A DNA stretch of 64,000 bases, from assembly GCA_900554315.1 (NCBI GenBank), contig USGP01000001.1:36902-100901 (forward strand). Reading direction: 5' to 3'. The number at the start of each line of letters is the position of its first letter. Positions within the stretch are counted from its first letter, which is position 1. The position numbers and the translations under genes are program-made. Source of the DNA: an uncultured Mycoplasmatota bacterium (lineage in GTDB: Bacteria; Bacillota_I; Bacilli_A; RF39; UBA660). Shown here piece after piece: positions 45,143 to 54,154 of the stretch. The notes under the pieces were generated by a model, which did no database searches, was not told the DNA's origin, and saw only the letters and a program-made list of their open reading frames with translations.

Positions 45143-45492
45143 TGTTACTTGTAAATTCTTTCTTATTTTGTGGATTTGTATGTATGATTGCCCAAATTAT
45201 TTTAGATAACACAAAATTAACACCAGGACATATTACTAGCATGTTTGTTGTAATAGGAGCATTTCTAGACTCTTTTAGTTTTTATGACAAAATCATTAAA
45301 GTAGTAGGTGGCGGAGCCTTATTACCGATTACTAGTTTTGGACACTCCCTAATTCATGGTGCTTTAGCCAAAGCAAACGAATATGGAATTTTAGGTATCC
45401 TAATGGGCATGTTTGACTTAACTGCAACAGGTATCACATCAGCAATTATCTTTGCTTTTCTATTTACTTTAGTATTCAAGCCCAAAAATTAA
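45142..45492 (+). CDS. spoVAE: stage V sporulation protein AE (SpoVAEb type)
   Basis: 116 aa. TPGHITSMFVVIGAFLD, GGGALLPITSFGHSLIHGA. 1-nt overlap with spoVAD. Confidence 0.85.
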   Translation: MLLVNSFLFCGFVCMIAQIILDNTKLTPGHITSMFVVIGAFLDSFSFYDKIIKVVGGGALLPITSFGHSLIHGALAKANEYGILGILMGMFDLTATGITSAIIFAFLFTLVFKPKN

Positions 45493-45550
45493 AAATACCT
45501 TATCGAAATAGTAAAAACGTGTTATAGTAAAACTAGAGTAGGAGGTATAT

Positions 45551-46354
45551 ATGAAAACATTAGTAATTACAGGTAGTGCCAGAGGATTCGGTTTGGAAAT
45601 GTTAAAGCTATTTAGAAAACAAGACTTTAATACCGTTATCTGTGATGTAAACGAGGAAGCTATTACAAAGGCAAAAAAAGAATTAGAAGAAATAAAAGGA
45701 AAAGGACAAGTACTTGCTTATCAGACAGATATTACAAAAGAAGAGGAAGTACAAACATTAATAGATAATGTAAGAAAAGAAGTTAAAGAAATTGATATTT
45801 GGATTAACAATGCAGGAGTAAATCAACCAAACCAACCAATTTGGGAAGTGGATAAGAAAACAATTGACCGTCTAATTGATATAGACTTAAAAGGAACGAT
45901 TCTTTGTTCTAAGTTAATTATGAAAGTAATGATCGAACAAAAACATGGTCAAATATTCAATGTAGAAGGACATGGAAGTAATGATGCTAAAATATTAGGA
46001 TTATCTCTATATGGAACTAGTAAAAGAGCAGTTACTTACTTTACAGAAGCACTAGCATATGAAGCTGAACAATTACATACCAATGTATTGGTAGGCAAAA
46101 TAACTCCAGGTATTATGATAACAAACTTTATCCATACAGCATTAGGAGATGGAGAGCATATAGAGTTAGATGAAAAGACAAAGAAAGTATATAACATACT
46201 AGGAGATTATCCAGAGACAATTGCAAATTTCATGGTCGATAAAATAATTCATAATGATAAGAATAATGTAAAATTTACTTGGTTAACCAATAGAAAAGCA
46301 GCATGGAGATTTATGACATCAGGTTTTAATAAAAGAGACTTTTTTAAAGACTAA
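45551..46354 (+). CDS. SDR-family oxidoreductase
   Basis: TLVITGSARGFGLEM (TGxxxGxG), NNAGV, and YGTSKRAV (YxxxK) motifs. Confidence 0.85.
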   Translation: MKTLVITGSARGFGLEMLKLFRKQDFNTVICDVNEEAITKAKKELEEIKGKGQVLAYQTDITKEEEVQTLIDNVRKEVKEIDIWINNAGVNQPNQPIWEVDKKTIDRLIDIDLKGTILCSKLIMKVMIEQKHGQIFNVEGHGSNDAKILGLSLYGTSKRAVTYFTEALAYEAEQLHTNVLVGKITPGIMITNFIHTALGDGEHIELDEKTKKVYNILGDYPETIANFMVDKIIHNDKNNVKFTWLTNRKAAWRFMTSGFNKRDFFKD

Positions 46355-46417
46355 ACTACTTTATAGTAGCTTTTTTCTTATTATAATGTTATAATATAGC
46401 CCAAAAGGCGTGATAAT

Positions 46418-47149
46418 ATGAATGGTTTAGAAAAATTAAAAAAGAGCGAGTTAGAAGAATTATCTAAATTATTAAAAGAAGACCCTAAAAAGTTACAAGA
46501 AGAAATCACTAATCGTTTAGCTTTTCTACAAAGCCAAAAAGCAAAAGCCACAAAAGAAAATTATTCTAGTGGTAGAAATCCATATTATGCTACAGAATTT
46601 GAATATCAAGTAAATTCCTTTTTGCAACAAATACAAATACAAGAAATTCCTTTCTTAAGGCAAACTTTTTCTAGCTATATTAATATTATGATAGAAAATT
46701 TTACAAGGAAAAATCCTAATAATCTTCCAACCTTATCCACTTTAGATGATGCTTTTCAAGGAATATTTAAAAGAAGTATTTATGAAGATGAATACAATAC
46801 ATTAAATTATATCAAAACATATTTTTACTATTTAAAAGGAATTGGACAAGACTTATCAAAAGAACAAATAATAGAAGGATGGGATAGAAAAAAGAAAATT
46901 GTAACACCTATGTTACCAGAAATAGCAGCTTATCTTTATGATATAACAGAAAAAACGCCATTGAAATCATCGGTATCTAATGCCTCTCTTCATAGGTTAA
47001 TGATAAAAACGCCAAGGGATATATTAACTAGAAATGAAAGAATGTTACTAGATGCAATTGCATTTGGAAGTGATGAAGATAAATTAAGAGAGGGAAACTT
47101 TGAAGATGCCAAAAGATTAATTTATTTACCCAAAACAAAAAGAAAATAA
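46418..47149 (+). CDS. hypothetical protein
   Basis: 243-aa ORF with an SD-like AAAAGGCGTGA upstream. No family recognised. Confidence 0.55.
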   Translation: MNGLEKLKKSELEELSKLLKEDPKKLQEEITNRLAFLQSQKAKATKENYSSGRNPYYATEFEYQVNSFLQQIQIQEIPFLRQTFSSYINIMIENFTRKNPNNLPTLSTLDDAFQGIFKRSIYEDEYNTLNYIKTYFYYLKGIGQDLSKEQIIEGWDRKKKIVTPMLPEIAAYLYDITEKTPLKSSVSNASLHRLMIKTPRDILTRNERMLLDAIAFGSDEDKLREGNFEDAKRLIYLPKTKRK

Positions 47150-47150
47150 A

Positions 47151-47173
47151 AAAACTGACCATCGTCAGTTTTT
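47151..47173. terminator. bidirectional intrinsic terminator
   Basis: AAAACTGAC-CATC-GTCAGTTTT hairpin between convergent genes, with A-run and T-run flanks. Confidence 0.75.
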
Positions 47174-47471
47174 ATTGTCTAGACAATTCAATAATCAAAT
47201 CCATATCATCATCTTTAGCCATAATATTTTTATGAGTTTCACCACATTTTTCACAACGATATAAAATTTTATAAGTATCTTTAAATTTTTCAATTCCAAT
47301 TGGTTTTAGTAACCCTTTACAAGTATTTTTTCTGTCTCCAGGCATAATATCTACATGCTTAGAATAAAGACAAAAAGGGCAATGATCACGAGCAGTATAA
47401 CCTAAAGGTAAAACCTTATTGCCACAATTTTCACAAATAAATTCTTCGTCTCTCATCGTAAAATTTTTCAT
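47172..47471 (-). CDS. RNHCP-domain zinc-ribbon protein
   Basis: Start taken at MKNFTMRDEEFICENCGNKV. RDHCPFCLYSKHVD...GDRKNTCKGLLKP...YRCEKCG matches the RNHCP domain pattern. The longer track ORF adds an implausible hydrophobic leader running through the scpA promoter. Confidence 0.7.
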   Translation of the reverse strand: MKNFTMRDEEFICENCGNKVLPLGYTARDHCPFCLYSKHVDIMPGDRKNTCKGLLKPIGIEKFKDTYKILYRCEKCGETHKNIMAKDDDMDLIIELSRQ

Positions 47472-47508
47472 AATATCACCAACTGTCCTTATTATAACAG
47501 GAAACAAA

Positions 47509-47537
47509 TTGAAAAAAAAGAAGCTTTTTGCTATAAT
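47509..47537 (+). promoter_or_regulatory. sigma-A-type promoter with extended -10 (TTGAAA-17-TGcTATAAT)
   Basis: TTGAAA at 47509-47514, TGC at 47529-47531, TATAAT at 47532-47537. Consensus-quality, about 30 nt upstream of the scpA start. Confidence 0.7.
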
Positions 47538-47568
47538 GGAAAAGAAAATGGTAGACGGAAGTGATAGT

Positions 47569-48291
47569 ATGAACATAAAAATTAATGAGTTTGAAGGTCC
47601 ACTAGATTTATTACTTCACTTAATAAAAGAAAATAAAATGGACATCATGAATATAGAAGTAGAGAAAATAACAGAACAATATATTAATTATTTGAATGAA
47701 CAAGAAAAGATGAATCTAGAAATAGCTAGTGAATACTTAGTAATGGCTTCTGAATTATTAGAATTAAAATCAAAATTATTACTTCCAAATTCAAAACAAG
47801 AAGAAGATTCTACGGAAGAGGAAGCGGATCCAAGGGAAGAATTAGTAAATAGATTATTAGAATATCAAGCTTATAAAGAAATAACAAAAGTATTAAAAGA
47901 AAAAGAAGAGTTACGAAAAGAAATTTATACAAAATCTCCAGAAAATATTAAACAATATGTAGAAGAAGATACCAAATTATCCTCTGATATCACTTTGGAT
48001 GATTTAGTAGAAGCATTTAAAAAATATTTGGAGAGAAAAAAAGAATCAAAACCATTAAAAACAAAAGTAACAACCAATGAAATTAGTGTTTCATCTAGAA
48101 GATTAGAAATTAAAAGTATTTTAAAAGAAAAACCAAGAGTATCTTTCTTTGAATTGTTTCCAGTATTTAATAAGGAATATATAGTCGCAACATTTCTAGC
48201 TATTTTAGAAATGGCCAAAAATAAAGAATTAGAAATTACTCAGGAAAGAAACTTCGATGATATTATATGTGAGGTGCGGGATGAAAAATAA
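47569..48291 (+). CDS. scpA: segregation and condensation protein A
   Basis: MNIKINEFEGPLDLLLHLIKENKMDI... is a typical ScpA N-terminus. The start at 47569 lies downstream of the predicted promoter and an SD (GGAAGTGA). Confidence 0.85.
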   Translation: MNIKINEFEGPLDLLLHLIKENKMDIMNIEVEKITEQYINYLNEQEKMNLEIASEYLVMASELLELKSKLLLPNSKQEEDSTEEEADPREELVNRLLEYQAYKEITKVLKEKEELRKEIYTKSPENIKQYVEEDTKLSSDITLDDLVEAFKKYLERKKESKPLKTKVTTNEISVSSRRLEIKSILKEKPRVSFFELFPVFNKEYIVATFLAILEMAKNKELEITQERNFDDIICEVRDEK

Positions 48292-48856
48292 AGCAGTATT
48301 AGAAGGATTATTATTTGTAGTAGGAGAAGACGGATTAACGTTAGATCAAATAGAAGAAGTATTAGAAATAACAGAAGAAGAAGTAAAAGCTTTAGTAAAT
48401 GATTTAAAACAAAGTTATGAAGCAGAAGATAGAGGCCTAAGAATAGATTTTTTAGGAAATAGATTAAAATTAACAACAAAATTTGAACATAGAGAATATT
48501 ATCAAAAACTATTAGAAAATCCAGAAACCAATATTTTAAGCCAAGCTGCTTTAGAAACACTAGCAATCATCGCATATAATGAACCTGTTACCAGAATGCA
48601 AGTAGATAAAATAAGAGGAGTAAGTAGTAGTCAAATGATTCGAAAATTAGTTGCGAAAGGATTAATAAAAGAATCGGGTAGAAGTGATTTACCAGGAAGA
48701 CCTATTCTCTATGAAACAACAAATGATTTCCTAGATTATTTTGGATTAAAAAATATCGAAGAATTACCAGATATGGAAAAATATATTGAAGAGGCCGAAG
48801 AAGAGGTAGATGAAGAAAAAGATTTATACACATCAAAATATAAAGAAGAACAATAA
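48281..48856 (+). CDS. scpB: segregation and condensation protein B
   Basis: MKNKAVLEGLLFVVGEDGLTLDQI..., AALETLAIIAYNEPVTRMQVDKIRGV, GRPILYETT. Overlaps the scpA end. Confidence 0.85.
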   Translation: MKNKAVLEGLLFVVGEDGLTLDQIEEVLEITEEEVKALVNDLKQSYEAEDRGLRIDFLGNRLKLTTKFEHREYYQKLLENPETNILSQAALETLAIIAYNEPVTRMQVDKIRGVSSSQMIRKLVAKGLIKESGRSDLPGRPILYETTNDFLDYFGLKNIEELPDMEKYIEEAEEEVDEEKDLYTSKYKEEQ

Positions 48857-48861
48857 AAGAC

Positions 48862-49326
48862 CTAATGCGTTTTACCAGCACTAGGTCTTTTTAATATCTC
48901 TTCATAAACTTCCCCTAAACTTACTTCTTCTTCTTCCTCATTAAAGTTTTTAGGATTAACTTTTAAAATATGCATCGTGTATTGAGAAGAAACAATAGAA
49001 TATAAATCAATAACAGAAGAAAGTTGTGCATCTGTTAACTGTTCCAAAGAGTTAATAAACAAATGCCCATCTAAAAACTTTCTGTCTCCAGAAGTGCATC
49101 CTTGATAAGGAAGAATTTGAAAATCATCCAACAAAATTCCACACAAGACTGCAAGATTTGTCTCTTGACGAATACCATCTGCATTCATTCCTATTTTTTG
49201 ATATTCTTCCTGTATAATTCTTTGATAAAAAGGAGCATGATTTTCTTCATCCTCTTTCATAACTGAAATTGTTCCATCTGGTCTAATAACAAGTCCAGGA
49301 GTAAAAGGATTAATTTCTTGTTTCAT
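48862..49326 (-). CDS. hypothetical protein
   Basis: 154-aa ORF, convergent with scpB. No family recognised. Confidence 0.5.
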   Translation of the reverse strand: MKQEINPFTPGLVIRPDGTISVMKEDEENHAPFYQRIIQEEYQKIGMNADGIRQETNLAVLCGILLDDFQILPYQGCTSGDRKFLDGHLFINSLEQLTDAQLSSVIDLYSIVSSQYTMHILKVNPKNFNEEEEEVSLGEVYEEILKRPSAGKTH

Positions 49327-49392
49327 ATTATCACCAAAACAATTATATCAAAAAAATAAAAAATAAGATATACTATAAGTGTAGGTGATAAT

Positions 49393-50340
49393 ATGGAAGA
49401 ACAACAAATAAAAAAATATAGAAACAAATTAATTGTATATGAATCTATAGCAAAAAACTTCAGTATAGCATCAATTTTTATATTATGTACAATGATTACT
49501 TCTAACTTAATTCCAGTAGTGATGATGAACGGATGGCAAGGACCACTAAGTGATAAATTCACGATGTCATCATGCATTGCAGCAATTGCATTCATGATTT
49601 TATTCTTATTTCTATGCCTTCTATTTAACTTAATTTTTGATCATTCAAAATACTGGGATAAGATTCCAAAAGAAGAAAAGAGAAAAGTAGAATTATACAA
49701 CTATTCCCAACTAAGTAACTTTCAAAAAATAATTACCAAAATCCCATTTATTTTTACAATAATATTTGCTATTGTAACAGCATACATTGGAATTGAAATA
49801 ACAAAGTTAGATAAAAGTAATATAATACATAGAAGATATGAAATCGTAAACAAAACTTTAAAAATATATCAAGAATATCATCCAGAGTTAAAAAATATTT
49901 ATAGTTTAGACAACCAAAATAAAACATATGAACCATCTTATGCTAATATTTTATTGGATAATAATATAGAAGTTTCATTAGACTTTAACAAGACTAAAAA
50001 AATGATAGAAGACGTAGAATATAGTATGACAACAGAAAATCTTACCGAAGAAAATTTAGGAGAAGTAATAGATTTAATGATAGATCAATTACCAATAATA
50101 CATAATGATATAAAAAATTTAAAAAACTATTTAAAAACACCAAATATCACAAAAGTAAATATTGTATTTACAGACCAAGAAAAAAATGACTTGATAGAAA
50201 TAATTAAAAAAATAATAAATAAAGAAACAGAATACGAATCAATAGAAATACCAATAAACAATATTCCTAATTTGTATTGTCAAAGAACATTTGTTGAAAT
50301 AGACAATAATAAAATAACATTTACAACTTCAATAGAATAA
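49393..50340 (+). CDS. hypothetical membrane protein
   Basis: 315 aa. Three hydrophobic spans in the N-terminal half and an Asn/Ile/Lys-rich soluble C-terminal half. Confidence 0.5.
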   Translation: MEEQQIKKYRNKLIVYESIAKNFSIASIFILCTMITSNLIPVVMMNGWQGPLSDKFTMSSCIAAIAFMILFLFLCLLFNLIFDHSKYWDKIPKEEKRKVELYNYSQLSNFQKIITKIPFIFTIIFAIVTAYIGIEITKLDKSNIIHRRYEIVNKTLKIYQEYHPELKNIYSLDNQNKTYEPSYANILLDNNIEVSLDFNKTKKMIEDVEYSMTTENLTEENLGEVIDLMIDQLPIIHNDIKNLKNYLKTPNITKVNIVFTDQEKNDLIEIIKKIINKETEYESIEIPINNIPNLYCQRTFVEIDNNKITFTTSIE

Positions 50341-50423
50341 AAGCACGTTTGTGTTTTTTTTCTTTGAAAAAATAAAAAAAATATAGAAATTATAAAAATC
50401 TATGTTATAATCTTATATGTAAT

Positions 50424-50510
50424 GCCTGTGTGGCGGAATTGGTAGACGCGCTGGACTCAAAATCCAGTGTTAGCGATAACGTGTCGGTTCGAGTCCGACC
50501 ACAGGCACCA
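50424..50510 (+). tRNA. tRNA-Leu (anticodon CAA), class II with long variable arm, encoded CCA
   Basis: Acceptor GCCTGTG/CACAGGC. Anticodon stem CTGGA/TCCAG with loop CTCAAAA. Long variable arm TGTTAGCGATAACGT. T-arm GTCGG-TTCGAGT-CCGAC. Discriminator A plus CCA. Confidence 0.9.
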
Positions 50511-50521
50511 TATTTAGAAAT

Positions 50522-50547
50522 AAAACTACTTTTTAAGTAGTTTTTTA
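50522..50547 (+). terminator. intrinsic terminator after tRNA-Leu
   Basis: 9-bp stem AAAACTACT / AGTAGTTTT with loop TTTTA, followed by a T-run. Confidence 0.75.
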
Positions 50548-50599
50548 TTTTGTATAAAAAGAAAGAATGATAAGATAATAACAAGAAAGGAAGAATAAT

Positions 50600-51436
50600 A
50601 TGCTACTTTATAAAAATACATTTGATAATATAAAGACAGAAAATCATAACTTTCCTGTAGAAGACCAATATTATGCTACTGATACAATGGCAATTGTTGC
50701 AGATGGTATTACAAGAGATCCAGTAGGAGTTTTTGATTTATCAAGTATTAGCAACGAAGAATTTATTAAAAAATACCCACGCCCTAGTGGAGCAGAGCTA
50801 GCAGCAAAAACAATTTGTGACACGTATAAAAAATCTTCAGGCACTCCAAAAGAACGATTAATTCGATGCAATCAAGCGGTAAAAGCATTAAATGACAGAT
50901 ATATTGCCACATGTGATTATTTACAAAATGATTATTATGGAGCTGTTGCTGCTGCAGTAATCATACAAGAAAACACTCTATATTATGCCTATATCTGTGA
51001 TTGTGGGGTTATTATTTATGACAAAGAAGGAAATATAAAATTTCAAACAGAAGATGATAAAACAAAATATAGTGATTCCTATATCAACAAAATAGGCATT
51101 CCTTGGGATTTACCAGAATCAAGAGTGATTGTAAGAAGAGATTATAGAAACAATCCAGAAAACATCCAAGATGGTCATTGCGTATCTTATGGAGCCCTAA
51201 CAGGAGAAGACACCGCAATTCAGTTTATTCAAAGTGGAACACAACCATTATCCTCAGGAGACCTAGTGGTCGTATATAGTGATGGTATCAGTAACTTTCT
51301 TCATGAACCAAATTTTATTAATAAACTTTTAAATTTCAATAGCCAAGAATTAGAAGAATATATGAATACTCAAGCATCAACCGACTATAGTAAATATGGA
51401 AAAGAGAAAACTTTAGTATTACTAAAAAAAGAATAG
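50600..51436 (+). CDS. PP2C-like (PP2C_2-type) putative protein phosphatase
   Basis: 278 aa. MAIVADGITRDP, GAVAAAVII..NTLYYAYICDCG and VVVYSDGISNF resemble the PP2C-fold motif order. A candidate promoter TTGTAT-18-GATAAT lies at 50550-50579. Confidence 0.5.
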   Translation: MLLYKNTFDNIKTENHNFPVEDQYYATDTMAIVADGITRDPVGVFDLSSISNEEFIKKYPRPSGAELAAKTICDTYKKSSGTPKERLIRCNQAVKALNDRYIATCDYLQNDYYGAVAAAVIIQENTLYYAYICDCGVIIYDKEGNIKFQTEDDKTKYSDSYINKIGIPWDLPESRVIVRRDYRNNPENIQDGHCVSYGALTGEDTAIQFIQSGTQPLSSGDLVVVYSDGISNFLHEPNFINKLLNFNSQELEEYMNTQASTDYSKYGKEKTLVLLKKE

Positions 51437-51445
51437 GAAATAACA

Positions 51446-51925
51446 ATGTCAAAGATAAGCAATGTATTAACCATGATAGAATACCTAAGTACAGGAAGAA
51501 AATATACAATAAAAGAACTGTCTGAAAAGCTAGAAGTATCACCCAGAATGATTAGAGTATATAAAGATGAAATAGAAAAAGCAGGAATTTATATTGATAC
51601 CATAAAAGGGCCATATGGAGGTTATGTACTAAATCAGAATGTAAGAGTACCAAAAAGGTTTATTACTCCTAATGAAATTAATATTGAAAATAAAGAGTTT
51701 TTTAATCAAATCAACCGAGCTATCAAAGAAAAAAGAAAATGTTGGATTGAATATTATTCAAAAAATAGAAAAGGAATATCAGATAGAATTATTCATCCCT
51801 ATGATTTAATATTATTAGGAAATGAATGGGGAGTAGCAGCATATTGTGAATCTAAAGAAGAAATAAGACATTTTTATATCAACAGAATAAAACAAATAAA
51901 AATATTAGAAGAAAAATATAACTGA
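51446..51925 (+). CDS. compact HTH (HTH_11/DeoR-type) + WYL-domain transcriptional regulator
   Basis: 159 aa. ISNVLTMIEYLSTGRKYTIKELSEKLEVSPRMIRVYKDEIEKAGIYIDTIKGPYGGYVL (wHTH), then CWIEYYSKNRKGISDRIIHPYDLILLGNEWGVAAYC (WYL-like). No C-terminal extension domain. Confidence 0.65.
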   Translation: MSKISNVLTMIEYLSTGRKYTIKELSEKLEVSPRMIRVYKDEIEKAGIYIDTIKGPYGGYVLNQNVRVPKRFITPNEINIENKEFFNQINRAIKEKRKCWIEYYSKNRKGISDRIIHPYDLILLGNEWGVAAYCESKEEIRHFYINRIKQIKILEEKYN

Positions 51926-51937
51926 CAGTTATATTAC

Positions 51938-51980
51938 CTCTTCTTTTGCTAACATCAAGTTAGAAAAGGAGAGTTTTTTT
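51938..51980 (+). terminator. strong intrinsic terminator whose 3' arm contains the SD of the next gene
   Basis: 15-bp stem (51938-51953 pairs with 51959-51973, one bulged G48, one G-U) and loop ATCAA, followed by T7 (51974-51980) and then ATG 51981. AAAGGAGAG of the 3' arm is the only SD for the downstream gene. Confidence 0.65.
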
Positions 51981-52985
51981 ATGACAGAATCAATGAATGT
52001 AAATTTTTCAAAATTAAAAGAAAGATTATTAGCCGTAAATCATCCAGAATTAGGGCATTATCAAGAAATGAAAGACTTACTTTGCAAATTAGTAGAGTTA
52101 GATACTCCCACTTTACTTCTCGCAACAGGAGGATCTAAAGTAGTAGCCTATTATCTAGAATATATATTAGAAAGGATAGGAAAAGATAATTTAATCTGTA
52201 CAGTAATAGAGCCAAGAGATTTCTTTTATCAACCAAATATAAAAAACTATAAAAACTTAGTAGCAATATCTGCGAGTGGCAAGACAAATGGAATCAAAGA
52301 AGCCTTAGAACAATTTTCAGGAAACTGTTTTCTAATTTGCGAACATGAACAAAACGCCCCATATTCAGTTGTTTCCTGGAGTACAGAAAAAACAGAAAAA
52401 GAGCACAGCTTTACGTCACTTTTAACATCTCTTGCTCCAATGACATTAATGCTAGATGCCACAACTTCATTAGACAAAATTTTAACCAGGGAGGAGATAG
52501 AAAAAATAAATGATACTATTTCTTCTTTATTAGAGAAAAGTGAAAAAAGAAGTACAGAAGAAGACTTTAGCCATACAAGGTTAGTCCAAATTATGAGTGG
52601 AATAGATACCAAACCATCTAGTTCTATACTAGAATCTAATTTAACAGAAACAGGAATAGCTATTCCTATTGTTCACGATAAAGGCTCTTTCTGCCACGGA
52701 AGAAGTAATTTACTATATCAATATCCTGATAGTAAAATGATATATTTATCTCATAAAAACAGTGAATTTGATAATCTATTAATCGATATTTTAACAGAAC
52801 AATATCACAATGTATCCATCTTTTCTCCAACTACAGATGAACCTTATTGGCAGGAATATGAACTAATGCTACAGATGTATTATTTATCTAAAAAGATTGC
52901 TAGTGATAAAAATATGGATGTTACAAAACCCGCCTATAATAAAAAATTAGTAAAAACACTATACCAATATAGAGGTAGATTATAA
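51981..52985 (+). CDS. double SIS-domain protein (sugar-phosphate isomerase/deglycase-like)
   Basis: 334 aa. LLLATGGSKVVAYYLEYIL and LVAISASGKTNGIKEAL (SIS 1). The second half has SFCHGRSNLL, resembling the (E/K)F.HGP motif of C-terminal SIS domains. Confidence 0.55.
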   Translation: MTESMNVNFSKLKERLLAVNHPELGHYQEMKDLLCKLVELDTPTLLLATGGSKVVAYYLEYILERIGKDNLICTVIEPRDFFYQPNIKNYKNLVAISASGKTNGIKEALEQFSGNCFLICEHEQNAPYSVVSWSTEKTEKEHSFTSLLTSLAPMTLMLDATTSLDKILTREEIEKINDTISSLLEKSEKRSTEEDFSHTRLVQIMSGIDTKPSSSILESNLTETGIAIPIVHDKGSFCHGRSNLLYQYPDSKMIYLSHKNSEFDNLLIDILTEQYHNVSIFSPTTDEPYWQEYELMLQMYYLSKKIASDKNMDVTKPAYNKKLVKTLYQYRGRL

Positions 52986-53038
52986 AGAAATTAGACACAT
53001 AAATAAAATGATGATATACTAACAGCTGAGGTGTAACT

Positions 53039-54082
53039 ATGACAAAGAAAAAACTAGAAGAATTAAAAGAAAAACTAATAAAAAAAGATAAAAAGGATCA
53101 AAAAGTTACCGATTTAAATCAAAAAATAAATGACTTTATTTTAAACTACAGACAAGTAACAAAAAGTAATCCTCAAATGTTTGCTTCTCCCAAAGCTATT
53201 AGACATTTAATTGATAAAGTCGCAATATGGTATGAATTAAGATATCCAGATTATGATGTCAACAGAATCATTCCAATGGGATTAATAGACGGTACTCAAA
53301 GTAGCCAAGAAATGTTTGAACATAATCCAATGTATCAAGGAGAAGAAAATAATTGGCAAGATTTTTATAACTATGAAACTTTTATAAATGCTTTACCAGT
53401 ATTAGAAAGATTATATTTAAAAGACTTAAATTATCCACAGATTGTATATTTAGATGTAGAAGAAAAAGGAATCAATCCAGAAACGGGTAGACCAATTGTT
53501 GTAAAAGTACCACAAGCCCATCTTCATTTAACAAAAGATGGACATGTAGAGCAAGCAGAATTTCTTGAAACAATAAACGGAACAAAACCAGAAGACCTTG
53601 TATTAAAAGGAAAAAGTCTAAAAGAAGCAGTAGAAGAATTAGAACATCACGGAATCATAATCCCAAAAAAATCAGAAGCTAAAAATGTGATAAGAATTCA
53701 TCAAATAATGGAAAAGACAAAAGAAGGAATCCTAGACTGTGCAATGTATGAAATCATTGAACGGGGAGGATCTAAATTAGGACCTAGACGAGGCTTATTA
53801 TTTGCGAGTGAACTAGAAAGAGACATAGATATTCCTATGAAATATGGAATAGATTATAGTAATACAGATGCCTTGATGAATTTAATAGAAACATATATAG
53901 AATTAGGTGGAAAAAAAGATTTAGAATGTTATGAAGGGTATTTCTACCATCCTAAAAATACAGAACTAAATACCCAATCATTACAAAATATTGTTTCAGT
54001 AATAGATAATTCTAGAGTACCTAACCAACCTAATGAACAGCCTAAAATATATACAAGAACAAGTACTGTTCCAAAAGAATAG
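53039..54082 (+). CDS. hypothetical protein
   Basis: 347-aa ORF with SD GAGGTG. No signal peptide or TM. No family recognised. Confidence 0.55.
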   Translation: MTKKKLEELKEKLIKKDKKDQKVTDLNQKINDFILNYRQVTKSNPQMFASPKAIRHLIDKVAIWYELRYPDYDVNRIIPMGLIDGTQSSQEMFEHNPMYQGEENNWQDFYNYETFINALPVLERLYLKDLNYPQIVYLDVEEKGINPETGRPIVVKVPQAHLHLTKDGHVEQAEFLETINGTKPEDLVLKGKSLKEAVEELEHHGIIIPKKSEAKNVIRIHQIMEKTKEGILDCAMYEIIERGGSKLGPRRGLLFASELERDIDIPMKYGIDYSNTDALMNLIETYIELGGKKDLECYEGYFYHPKNTELNTQSLQNIVSVIDNSRVPNQPNEQPKIYTRTSTVPKE

Positions 54083-54154
54083 TACTTTTTTCTTGCAAAA
54101 ATAAAATGAAACTATGATATAATGAAAAAAGATAGAGTGGTAGGAAGTGTAAAT

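Noticed and set aside
47419-47568. N-terminal extension of scpA (track ORF starts at 47419), and ATGs at 47536 and 47548.
   Set aside because: The extension runs antisense through the RNHCP gene start and through a consensus promoter (47509-47537). ATG 47536 lies within the -10 box, and 47548 would be at about +4 of the transcript.
54122-54154. ATG 54122 as the start of the GH10/PHP protein.
   Set aside because: It overlaps a TGATATAAT extended -10-like box (54112-54120) and has no SD. ATG 54155 is preceded by AGGAAG. The true start remains uncertain (54170 is also possible).
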